Positions 36,227-44,766 of a DNA stretch of 64,000 nt are shown piece after piece; within the stretch, counting starts at the first letter, position 1; every line of letters begins with the position of its first letter. The stretch covers positions 23,677 through 87,676 of the forward strand of contig CAYYRJ010000008.1 of the NCBI GenBank assembly GCA_964474085.1, given 5' to 3'. This DNA comes from an uncultured Planctomycetales bacterium. Lineage in GTDB: Bacteria; Omnitrophota; Gorgyraeia; Zapsychrales; JANLHA01. A model generated the notes under the pieces. That model was not told the origin of the DNA and ran no database searches. It worked only from the letters and a program-made list of their open reading frames with translations. The position numbers were made by a program, and so were the translations under genes.

Positions 36227-37009
36227 ATGAGTTTAATATTTTTTGTGCTGGTGTTATTTTTTCTATTAAGCTCGGCCGGCGCAGAAGGCGAGTCATGGAA
36301 GAAGTATGACTCGCGGTATTTCGTGATTTATTACAAAAATGCACCGCTGGATTTTGTCGAGAATGTCTCCGAAACCGCTCAGGAATTGTATGAAGAGATC
36401 CCGCGCAATTTGGGTTTTATCCGTTACAAGGGCTGGATGACGGACGAGCGGGCGGCGATTTATATTTATGATGACCAACAAGAGTATCAGGCGCATGCAA
36501 AGAATATGGAATGGTCAGCCGGTCAGGCAATTGTCGCGCAGAAAGAGATCCGGACTTTTCCGTCGGCGGCTGGCTTTTTTGATTCAACGCTTCCGCATGA
36601 ATTAGCGCATATTATTTTTAGAGAGTTTATCGGCAACACACCGGTCCCCGTTTGGCTTGACGAGGGAGTTGCGATGTACCAGGAAAAAGCCAAACGCTGG
36701 GGAGCCAATAAAGTTGTCGGGCAAGCGATCAAGAAGGGCCAATTTATCCCCTTATCGCAATTGACTGCGCAGCGATTAAGCCAGGAAAAAGACAAAGAAA
36801 TCATTAATATTTTTTATGCCGAAAGTGCGAGTATTGTGTATTATATGGTCGTTGAATTAGGGGAGGCGCGTTTTGAAAATTTTTGCCGCAAATTAAGCCA
36901 AGGCATTAATTTTGAGCAGGCTTTAGATGAGAATTACGGCCGTTTTCGCAATATTGAAGATTTAAACGACCGTTGGGTCGAATATCTTAAATCACAAATC
37001 AAAGAATAA
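36227..37009 (+). CDS. Secreted HExxH zinc-metallopeptidase-like protein (peptidase MA-like), inserted within the dcw cluster
   Basis: Signal peptide MSLIFFVLVLFFLLSSAGA; HELAH motif. Confidence 0.55.
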   Translation: MSLIFFVLVLFFLLSSAGAEGESWKKYDSRYFVIYYKNAPLDFVENVSETAQELYEEIPRNLGFIRYKGWMTDERAAIYIYDDQQEYQAHAKNMEWSAGQAIVAQKEIRTFPSAAGFFDSTLPHELAHIIFREFIGNTPVPVWLDEGVAMYQEKAKRWGANKVVGQAIKKGQFIPLSQLTAQRLSQEKDKEIINIFYAESASIVYYMVVELGEARFENFCRKLSQGINFEQALDENYGRFRNIEDLNDRWVEYLKSQIKE

Positions 37010-37015
37010 TATTTT

Positions 37016-38398
37016 ATGCAATATCATTTTATCGGGGTTGGCGGGGTTGGTGTCGGGACTTTAGCGTCTTTGATGCTCGACAAGGGCCATACGATTAGCG
37101 GGTCGGACGTAAAAGAAAGTGCGCTTTCTGTTTTGCTTCGCAAAAAAGGAGCTCAAATCTTTATGGGCCACGCGGCCACCAACGTCGGGAATGCGGATTA
37201 TGTTGTTTACTCTTCAGCGATTGGCTTTGACAATCCTGAGCTGCAGGTTGCCCGCCAAAAAAAGATTCCGATTCTAAAACGCGCTGAGCTTCTAGCGCAG
37301 ATTATGGATAATCATATCGGCATCACAATTGCCGGTGCGCACGGAAAAACAACGACAACTTCGATGATTTCGCATTTGTTGCTCACCGCTGGGCTTAATC
37401 CCACAACAGCGGTCGGCGGAATCCTCAATGGCGCATCTTACAATGCGAATTTAGGCGGCGGAAAATATTTTGTTGCTGAAGTTGATGAAAGTGACGGGTC
37501 ATTTCTTTATTTTGCTCCGCGCTATTCGATCGTGACGAATATCGATTTTGAACATTTGGATTTTTATCAGACATGGGAAAATATCGTCAAGGCCTACGAG
37601 CAATTTGTGGCGCGTACTTTGCCCGACGGGCTTTTGATCGGGTGCGGTGATGACACGCGTTTAAAGGAAATTCTTTTAAAAAGCAAGCGCAAGTATTTGA
37701 CGTATGGCTTTTCGCCGGTCAATGATTTGCACACACAGACGATGCGTTTTGTCAATAATGAGTGTTGCTGCTGGGAATTTGACTGCCTTTTTAAAAACCA
37801 AAAGCTGCCGCGTTTTGAATTGACGATTCCCGGTCAGCATAATATTCTCAACGCAATGGCGTGCATTACGTTGGGGTTAGAGCTTAAAATTGATCCGGAA
37901 ATCATTCAGAAGAGTTTGCGAAGTTTTTCTGGTGTTAAAAGGCGTTTTGAGCGAAAGGGGAATTTTAATGGGGTTGAAATTGTCGATGATTACGGCCATC
38001 ATCCGACGGAAATCATTGCAACGCTCAAGGCGGCCCATTCGGTTAAGCAAAAGCGTTTGATTACCGTTTTTCAGCCGCACCGTTTTAGCCGGACAAAATT
38101 TTTGATGGAAGATTTTGTCAAAGCTTTAAGCCAGAGCGATGTTTTGATTTTGACCGATATTTATGCGGCCAGCGAAGAGCCGATTGCGGGAGTCTCATCG
38201 GAGATTTTGATGGAAAAAATTTTGCAAGCCGGCAAAACAGAGGCGCTGTATTTGAAAAAAGAAAATATCGTCGAGCATCTGGCGCGTATCGTCCAGCCTG
38301 GGGATTTGGTCTTGACTCTTGGCGCTGGTGATATTTATCGTGCTGGCGAAGAGTTGTTGAAAGAACTGCAAACAAAAACGGTTTTGGAAAGACAATAG
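37016..38398 (+). CDS. murC: UDP-N-acetylmuramate--L-alanine ligase
   Basis: IGVGGVG...GAHGKTTTTS P-loop. Confidence 0.9.
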   Translation: MQYHFIGVGGVGVGTLASLMLDKGHTISGSDVKESALSVLLRKKGAQIFMGHAATNVGNADYVVYSSAIGFDNPELQVARQKKIPILKRAELLAQIMDNHIGITIAGAHGKTTTTSMISHLLLTAGLNPTTAVGGILNGASYNANLGGGKYFVAEVDESDGSFLYFAPRYSIVTNIDFEHLDFYQTWENIVKAYEQFVARTLPDGLLIGCGDDTRLKEILLKSKRKYLTYGFSPVNDLHTQTMRFVNNECCCWEFDCLFKNQKLPRFELTIPGQHNILNAMACITLGLELKIDPEIIQKSLRSFSGVKRRFERKGNFNGVEIVDDYGHHPTEIIATLKAAHSVKQKRLITVFQPHRFSRTKFLMEDFVKALSQSDVLILTDIYAASEEPIAGVSSEILMEKILQAGKTEALYLKKENIVEHLARIVQPGDLVLTLGAGDIYRAGEELLKELQTKTVLERQ

Positions 38399-38399
38399 A

Positions 38400-39374
38400 A
38401 TGACAACCAATCATCTAGAAGCTGCGCAGTTAGGACGTATTGGGGTCTTGATGGGCGGGTGCTCCTCGGAGAGCGAGATTTCCTTAAAGAGCGGCAAAGC
38501 TGTTTTTGAAGCTTTAACGAATGCCGGCTGTGATGCTGTTGCGTTAAAAATCAATACGACAAACCCGGATGAAATTTTAGCGCAGATCGCCTTAGCTCAG
38601 ATTGACCTTGCTTTTTTAGTCTTGCACGGAAAATTTGGTGAAGATGGGACAATTCAAACGATTCTTGAAAATGCCGGTATCGCTTACAGCGGTTCGGGAC
38701 CGCAGGCAAGTCGGCTGGCGATGGACAAAGCCTCGACGCAGATGCTTGTTCAAAAAGCAGGGATCAAAATCCCGGATTTTTTTATTCTCGAAAAAAAAGA
38801 TCAGCCTCATGCGTTAAAGTTTTTGGGAAATTTTGGCGGTTGTCCTGTCGTCGTTAAACCATCCTGTGAAGGCTCAAGCATCGGGATTACGATTGTTCAT
38901 CACAGCCAAGATTTTTTGTCGGCGGTAGATTCGGCCTTTGAGTTTGGAGAACGGATTTTGGTTGACCGTTATATTCAGGGCAAGGAAGTTACAGCCGCAG
39001 TTTTAGGGACAGAGGCTTTATCTTTAGTTGAAATACGCCCTAGGGGGAAATTTTTTGATTTTAGCTCAAAGTACCAAAAAGGCATGAGCGATTATATTGT
39101 GCCGGCAGAAATTGATGCGAATATCGCAGGTCATATTCAAGCGATGGCGCAAAAAGTTTTTAAGCTCGTCGGTTGCCGGGACATGGCGCGGGCCGATTTT
39201 ATTGTTGATCAGAACAATCAAGCCTATTTTTTGGAAATCAATACGATTCCAGGATTTACCTCGACGAGCCTTTTGCCGATGGCCGCTGGGCACAAGGGTT
39301 TGAATTTTACGGATCTATGTCTACAAATTGCCGGGTTTGCCTGCGCACGGCGTGTTCGTCAGAAAGTAGTTTAA
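38400..39374 (+). CDS. ddl: D-alanine--D-alanine ligase
   Basis: ATP-grasp fold; C-terminal ...EINTIPG...SL motif. Confidence 0.9.
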   Translation: MTTNHLEAAQLGRIGVLMGGCSSESEISLKSGKAVFEALTNAGCDAVALKINTTNPDEILAQIALAQIDLAFLVLHGKFGEDGTIQTILENAGIAYSGSGPQASRLAMDKASTQMLVQKAGIKIPDFFILEKKDQPHALKFLGNFGGCPVVVKPSCEGSSIGITIVHHSQDFLSAVDSAFEFGERILVDRYIQGKEVTAAVLGTEALSLVEIRPRGKFFDFSSKYQKGMSDYIVPAEIDANIAGHIQAMAQKVFKLVGCRDMARADFIVDQNNQAYFLEINTIPGFTSTSLLPMAAGHKGLNFTDLCLQIAGFACARRVRQKVV

Positions 39375-39375
39375 C

Positions 39376-40158
39376 GTGGCTAAAAAAAATGAGTCCGCTG
39401 GACAAAAAATTGCTGGCATAATTTTGCAATACTTTATTATTGTTGTCTGTATTGCCTTTGTGTTTTTTAGCGCTGTCCAGGGCATGTATTATTATTTGCG
39501 CACGTCCCCGATTTTTAAGATCCGTGAAGTTGTTTCCGATCAGTCGCTATTGTTTATCCGCACCCGGACATTGGACCGGTTGATTGGGCAAAGTATTTTT
39601 GACGTCGATCTTTATGCAGTTCAGCGGCGTTTGCAGGTAGAATATCCGCAAATTGATCATTTGCGGATTTATCGGCAATTTCCAAACCGGATCTATGTTG
39701 ATGCGATTAGGCGGGATCCGTTTGCGGTGATTTCAACAAAACGTCAGCAGATTTTGATCGACAAAGACGGGATTGTTTTGTCGCTTAGCGTTGGGGCCAA
39801 TCACAAATTGCCGGTTATCAGTGGTTTGAGTTTGGAACAAAATGCGCTCGTCGGCAAACCGCTGCGGCATGGGGATGTAGCTTTAGCGGCGGCGATCATT
39901 AAAAATATCAAGGAAAATTCCCATTTAGAATCGATGCCGGTCGTCAGTTTGGATTTGACAAATCTTTCGCAGATCCAATGCGTCTTGGCCAATGGGATGA
40001 AAATTCTTTTGGCTGAAGATAAAATCCAGCAAAAAATTACGATGCTTGGGATCGTCATTTCGCAGGGCAAAATCAAGCCCCAAGAGATCAATTATATTGA
40101 CTTGCGGTTTAAGGAACCGATTCTTAATAAGAAAATAAAAGATAAAAACGATAATTGA
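39376..40158 (+). CDS. ftsQ: Cell division protein FtsQ/DivIB
   Basis: N-terminal TM helix followed by a POTRA-like domain. GTG start overlaps the ddl stop. Synteny with ddl and ftsA. Confidence 0.7.
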   Translation: MAKKNESAGQKIAGIILQYFIIVVCIAFVFFSAVQGMYYYLRTSPIFKIREVVSDQSLLFIRTRTLDRLIGQSIFDVDLYAVQRRLQVEYPQIDHLRIYRQFPNRIYVDAIRRDPFAVISTKRQQILIDKDGIVLSLSVGANHKLPVISGLSLEQNALVGKPLRHGDVALAAAIIKNIKENSHLESMPVVSLDLTNLSQIQCVLANGMKILLAEDKIQQKITMLGIVISQGKIKPQEINYIDLRFKEPILNKKIKDKNDN

Positions 40159-40180
40159 AGAAATTCTCGACGAGGTCTGT

Positions 40181-41419
40181 ATGCTCAAAAATTTTGTGTC
40201 ACGAAAATATTATTGTGGGTTTGATTTAGGATCGCTGAGCGTCAAGGCCGCTCTGATAAAAGATTTGGACAATCAACCCTCAGAGCTTTTGGGTGTTTAC
40301 GAAATGAAAACCGCAGGGTTTAAGAACGGAGCGCTCACCGATTTAAGCGAGCTTGCCGAATGTGTGCATTTGACCATTGGGGGTCTTTTGGGAAAGACGG
40401 GGATCAAGTTAAAAGAGATTCATCTGGGCGTTGGCGGCGAGATGCTCCAGAAGCATTATTCCAGCGCGCTTATCCCGCTTTTAGAGCGCGGGAGCAAAGT
40501 GATTTCAAACAATGATCTGCGAAAGGTCAAGGAGCAAGCCAAAATTTTAGGGGCTGGCATTGAGGAGGATGTTCTTCATAATATTGCGCAGTACTATAAA
40601 GTCGATGATGTCAAAACGACGCTTAATCCGATCGGGTTATACGGTCGAAAAATCGAGATCAACACACTGCTGCTTTTAGTGAAACATATTCAAATGCAAA
40701 ATTTGGTCAAAGCGGTCAATCAGGCGGGGTTTGATGTGGCCAATATTTTTTATACTTCGTATACGTCCTCGCAGGCGTGTTTGAGCGAATATCACCGTCG
40801 ACAGGGTTGTGTCTTAGTTGATATCGGTGCGATCATGACGGATATCCTTATTTTTCATGATGGATTTTTGAAATATGTAGTTAACATTCCTCTTGGGGGA
40901 GAACATTTGACGCAAAGTATTGCCAATCGTTTGGACATTCCATTTGAACTGGCCGAAGACATCAAGAAATCTTACGCGTTTGCTCTAAGTTCTCAAGGGC
41001 ATAGCGATGAAGAAATTTTGATAAAGAATTCAGACGGGTACACGCCGATCAAAAAAGAAATTATCGCGCAAGCCTTGGAGCCGGCGGTCGCGCGTTTTGT
41101 CGACTTGGTTTTGCAGGCGATTAAAAATTCGAATTTGGAAAACGAGATCAAAGCAGGAATGGTTATGATTGGCGGCGGTTCGCTTTTGCCGGGGCTTGAG
41201 GAGCGCATTGAACAAGCGGCCAAAATGCCAGTTAAGGTGGGCAAAATTAATATTACAACGAAACGGTTGCCTTACGCCGCTAAGTATTGTGCGGCTGTTG
41301 GTTTAGCGTTGTCGGGGTTATCTTATGCCCGCGGACGTTTAGCCGCAGAAGAAGGAAATTTAGGTCTCAAACAAAAAATTTCCAACAAAGTTGTCGAGTT
41401 GTATCAAGAGTATTTCTAA
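40181..41419 (+). CDS. ftsA: Cell division protein FtsA (actin-like ATPase)
   Basis: GFDLGS...VLVDIGA...MIGGGS actin-fold motifs. Confidence 0.9.
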   Translation: MLKNFVSRKYYCGFDLGSLSVKAALIKDLDNQPSELLGVYEMKTAGFKNGALTDLSELAECVHLTIGGLLGKTGIKLKEIHLGVGGEMLQKHYSSALIPLLERGSKVISNNDLRKVKEQAKILGAGIEEDVLHNIAQYYKVDDVKTTLNPIGLYGRKIEINTLLLLVKHIQMQNLVKAVNQAGFDVANIFYTSYTSSQACLSEYHRRQGCVLVDIGAIMTDILIFHDGFLKYVVNIPLGGEHLTQSIANRLDIPFELAEDIKKSYAFALSSQGHSDEEILIKNSDGYTPIKKEIIAQALEPAVARFVDLVLQAIKNSNLENEIKAGMVMIGGGSLLPGLEERIEQAAKMPVKVGKINITTKRLPYAAKYCAAVGLALSGLSYARGRLAAEEGNLGLKQKISNKVVELYQEYF

Positions 41420-41429
41420 ATTCGAGGCG

Positions 41430-41530
41430 AGAACTCTCGCCGAGCATTTAGTCCTGCGAAGTCCAACGCGTCGCACTTGGACGAAGCAGGATTAAATTCG
41501 ACGTGGACTACCTCGAGGGGACTCCCCTCG
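41430..41530 (+). other. GC-rich multi-hairpin element immediately after ftsA; probably a bidirectional terminator or structured RNA
   Basis: ggcgaga/ctcgcc, tcctgc..gtccaa/ttggac..gcagga and cgagggga/tcccctcg stems. Confidence 0.35.
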
Positions 41531-41533
41531 AAT

Positions 41534-43000
41534 TTAGTTTTCAGGAATATAAGTACAACGAAACCCTAAGTTCGCGTAAGCGCTGTTCTCGGGAAATATC
41601 CATGCCGAGTATATTCCGCCACGGCGTTCATGTGCTCCTGTTTTAAAACGGCGGGCATGGCTGTCGGGATCTGGCCCCGGCTGGTAGGATCTTGGTTCAT
41701 CAAATTTCCCGCCCCGAAATATTCCCATGTATGTGAAAGAATCGAAACGAATTAAACCAAAACCAAGCTGGTCATAGTAAGGTGTCGCATAAGTATTAGC
41801 TGGAAGAAAAGCCAGTTTGTTTGTTGATGCTTGCGGATCTGGTGGAAAAAGAAAAGGCGTTATGCGGGGATATTCTTCAATAGGGCCATCATTGTAGTCA
41901 TCAAGCGGCAGCTTATTGAACTTTGTATCGTTGAGTTGATAAATTTCTGTATAAAGTCCAATACCCGAGGAATCTAGTGTTCCGCCCGCATCTACCCACG
42001 AGTTCATATTTCCAGCCATATCCCAAATCTTTTTATTAGTAGTTAAAGGATTCTCAAGTAGAAAGATTCTTTTTTGCCAGAAATCATCATGAAGTTTATC
42101 TGTGCAATTAGGGTTGTGTGTGCCAAAGCACGGATCTGCGTCTGTAGGGTCAGCCGCCAAAAAATTTTGACCAGTTTCACAGCCCGAAGGAGCAGGTGAA
42201 GCGCTACAATCACCATCGCTGTGCCCTGTTGGAATGTGGCCCGCGCCCACGGCGTCTTCAGACCAGTTTTGCAGATTATTTTCAATACTATAAGCGACTG
42301 TCATCCATTCGGCGTTGGTGATCAGATGAAATTCTCCCGGAATTCCAGCTTTATTAAGGTTCCTACAGGCTTGTTGAGCTTGTGCTAAAGTAAGATTTCC
42401 CCACGGCATATCTTCCGGACGCGATTCGGGCTTATAATTGTCGATATCTCCCAAGTTGGGATTATTGCGTGGACCATCACTATCTCGGTGGGGCGCCCCT
42501 GATGTTTTATAAACCGGTTTCATATGATATTTAGAAACGCAAAAGTCTTTGATGGTTCCCGCTGCTGGGTTTCTGGGGATAGGGACAAATCCTTGCGGAC
42601 AGCAAGGGACATCGGGAATACTGCCCATATAGACCCAGTTTGCCCCGTTACAATAACGCATGACTCCTAAATCGTTATCATACTCTTGTTGTCCTGTGAT
42701 AACGCAGCCATTGACACTTATGCCGCAGATTAAATTAAACTTTCTAGCTCCATCACAAAATTCCATGCGGTTGGTCGTTGTATTATATGTTTGTTGGCCT
42801 TCTACCGAACACGTTCCAATCGATTTCTGGTGCGCAGCCGGAACGCCAGCTGGTTTCCATTCTCCGTCTTTGAACCGTTCCATCTGTTGGGTGTCCGCAT
42901 TATATCTTTGTTCTGAATCAGCATTTGCTTCTGGTAATACGGCAGGTAAAGATAAAAAAATACCGGCGGTCAAAGTAAAAATCAAAAATTTTATTTTCAT
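41534..43000 (-). CDS. Secreted FGE-sulfatase (SUMF1/DUF323) domain protein with three N-terminal Cys-containing repeats
   Basis: Signal peptide; repeats ...M-x-F/Y-C-D/N-G-x-x-W...; C-terminal GNMNSW ... RGG ... GFRC signatures. Confidence 0.65.
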   Translation of the reverse strand: MKIKFLIFTLTAGIFLSLPAVLPEANADSEQRYNADTQQMERFKDGEWKPAGVPAAHQKSIGTCSVEGQQTYNTTTNRMEFCDGARKFNLICGISVNGCVITGQQEYDNDLGVMRYCNGANWVYMGSIPDVPCCPQGFVPIPRNPAAGTIKDFCVSKYHMKPVYKTSGAPHRDSDGPRNNPNLGDIDNYKPESRPEDMPWGNLTLAQAQQACRNLNKAGIPGEFHLITNAEWMTVAYSIENNLQNWSEDAVGAGHIPTGHSDGDCSASPAPSGCETGQNFLAADPTDADPCFGTHNPNCTDKLHDDFWQKRIFLLENPLTTNKKIWDMAGNMNSWVDAGGTLDSSGIGLYTEIYQLNDTKFNKLPLDDYNDGPIEEYPRITPFLFPPDPQASTNKLAFLPANTYATPYYDQLGFGLIRFDSFTYMGIFRGGKFDEPRSYQPGPDPDSHARRFKTGAHERRGGIYSAWIFPENSAYANLGFRCTYIPEN

Positions 43001-43013
43001 CGTCAGAATCCTT

Positions 43014-43358
43014 TCAATTATTCGGCTTTCGTCGGCTTTGATAAAAAGAAATATCCTTGAGGATCGTTTTAAGCCGTGTGACTTCGCTAAACATATAAAG
43101 CATCCAAAAAGAATTTAAAAGCATCAAAATAATAATGATATGCGTGCCGGCGTTTTGCTGGATCAAGAGTTGTTCGACCACATTGCCTTTGGCAGAGTCG
43201 TGCGCAATATCAATGGTGCGAAACGTGTTCATCAAAAAAATGAAAAAAATGACGACGAGGATAAATTCAAAAAAGAGAATATAAAAATGCCGCATCATCC
43301 AGCGGGAAGCTTGCGTGTCCCATTGCCTAACTTTATTCATAAAATCTGAAAATGCCAT
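43014..43358 (-). CDS. Small membrane protein (two TM helices), hypothetical
   Basis: Hydrophobic segments; sits in an operon between the two secreted proteins. Confidence 0.45.
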   Translation of the reverse strand: MAFSDFMNKVRQWDTQASRWMMRHFYILFFEFILVVIFFIFLMNTFRTIDIAHDSAKGNVVEQLLIQQNAGTHIIIILMLLNSFWMLYMFSEVTRLKTILKDISFYQSRRKPNN

Positions 43359-43373
43359 CAGGATTCCTTATGT

Positions 43374-44663
43374 TTAAGGTGTTAAAACCGGTTCTTTGAT
43401 TGTCCGGGAATTTTTTAAGGATTCGATTTGCTGTTGTTGCTCATAAATTTGTTGGGATTGCGCTTTTAATTGTTGGCCAAGGGTTTGATTTTGATTTTTA
43501 AGTTCTTTGACCGCTTCGATCAAAGGGGCAATTAAAGACGGATAATCAACAGCTTTTGCGCCCTCTTGACCATAAACAGATTCGGGAAATATTTTTTCGA
43601 CCTCTTGCGCGATAACGCCGATATGTTTTCGATGATCTGTTTGCTGCGCATTGTCTTTCCATTCAAACGAAACCCCATTAAGACGTGAAATTTTGTCGAG
43701 CGCATTTTGGACCGGAGCAATATCTTTTTTAAGTGCTGCATCCGAGGTCAGGATTAACGCGGTGGCCCGGATATTGCCGTTGACATCGAGTCTTTGCTCA
43801 GGCGCTGGTGTATTAATCCCGACCCAGCCATTGGCCGTGATAGTCAAAACATCCCCATTGCGAGCGGCAACGTTGTTTGAGCTGATCATCACATATGGCA
43901 AACTATTGGCGAACAAGGCCAAAGGAGGATAAGTGGCGTTTCCGGCCAGTTCAAGAATGGCTGAAGGTGAGGTATCGCGTATGCCCAAATAACCGTTACC
44001 GTTTAAATGAAATTGTTCAACCGGATTTGCTGCGGCCGAGCCGTCACGCAAGAAAATTCCGAATGAAGATTGCAAGGAACCTGCAGTTAAATTTTCAAAA
44101 AGAGCGCGAAGGATCACATGATCCCCGGCGGTTCCAGCAAAAGCGATTCTTCCTCCGGGGCCTTGTCCGGCATTAACTAGCGTAGACATATTTTGTAGGC
44201 GTATGTAAGTCGGTGAAACAGCAGGATTGCTGGCGCCGCTTAAAATGTGCAGATAGCTTGTCGGATCATTCGTTCCGATACCGACATAGGGTTGGCGCAC
44301 GTCGACATTTCCGTATAGCGCAAAATCTCGTAAGTAGTATTGATCGATGTCAGCAATGCTGTCGAACTTTAGTAGATTTGCGCCGACAATTGTTCTTTCC
44401 CAGAGGCCGTTACCTACGGGCACCCAATTTGATGTCTGGCATTGATTAATAACATTAGTTGTATTTGGAATGTACAATGTCCCTTCTTGTTCATCTGTGC
44501 AGGTTGCTCCAAGCGTATCTCGCGGCACAAGGCGCAGCCGATCATAAGCGCCATAAGGGGCTGGATAATAGGAAGTTAAGGTGATGGTGTTGGTTGTTGC
44601 GGCAGCAAAAGCGAACGTCGAAAGATTTAACCCTAAAAAAGCAAGGATAAACAAGCGCTTCAT
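43374..44663 (-). CDS. Secreted protein with a phage tail-fibre / endosialidase-type C-terminal intramolecular chaperone (peptidase S74-like) domain
   Basis: Signal peptide. C-terminal DIAPVQNALDKISRLNGVSFEWKD...HIGVIAQEVEKIFPESV followed by a coiled-coil Q-rich tail. Confidence 0.6.
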   Translation of the reverse strand: MKRLFILAFLGLNLSTFAFAAATTNTITLTSYYPAPYGAYDRLRLVPRDTLGATCTDEQEGTLYIPNTTNVINQCQTSNWVPVGNGLWERTIVGANLLKFDSIADIDQYYLRDFALYGNVDVRQPYVGIGTNDPTSYLHILSGASNPAVSPTYIRLQNMSTLVNAGQGPGGRIAFAGTAGDHVILRALFENLTAGSLQSSFGIFLRDGSAAANPVEQFHLNGNGYLGIRDTSPSAILELAGNATYPPLALFANSLPYVMISSNNVAARNGDVLTITANGWVGINTPAPEQRLDVNGNIRATALILTSDAALKKDIAPVQNALDKISRLNGVSFEWKDNAQQTDHRKHIGVIAQEVEKIFPESVYGQEGAKAVDYPSLIAPLIEAVKELKNQNQTLGQQLKAQSQQIYEQQQQIESLKNSRTIKEPVLTP

Positions 44664-44766
44664 CAGAAACTCCTTTATAGTAAATTATATTAATGATACA
44701 TAGTATTTAGTATAAAATTAACTTTGTCAAGGCACATCAAAAACAAAACGACTTTTTTAAAGAAAT

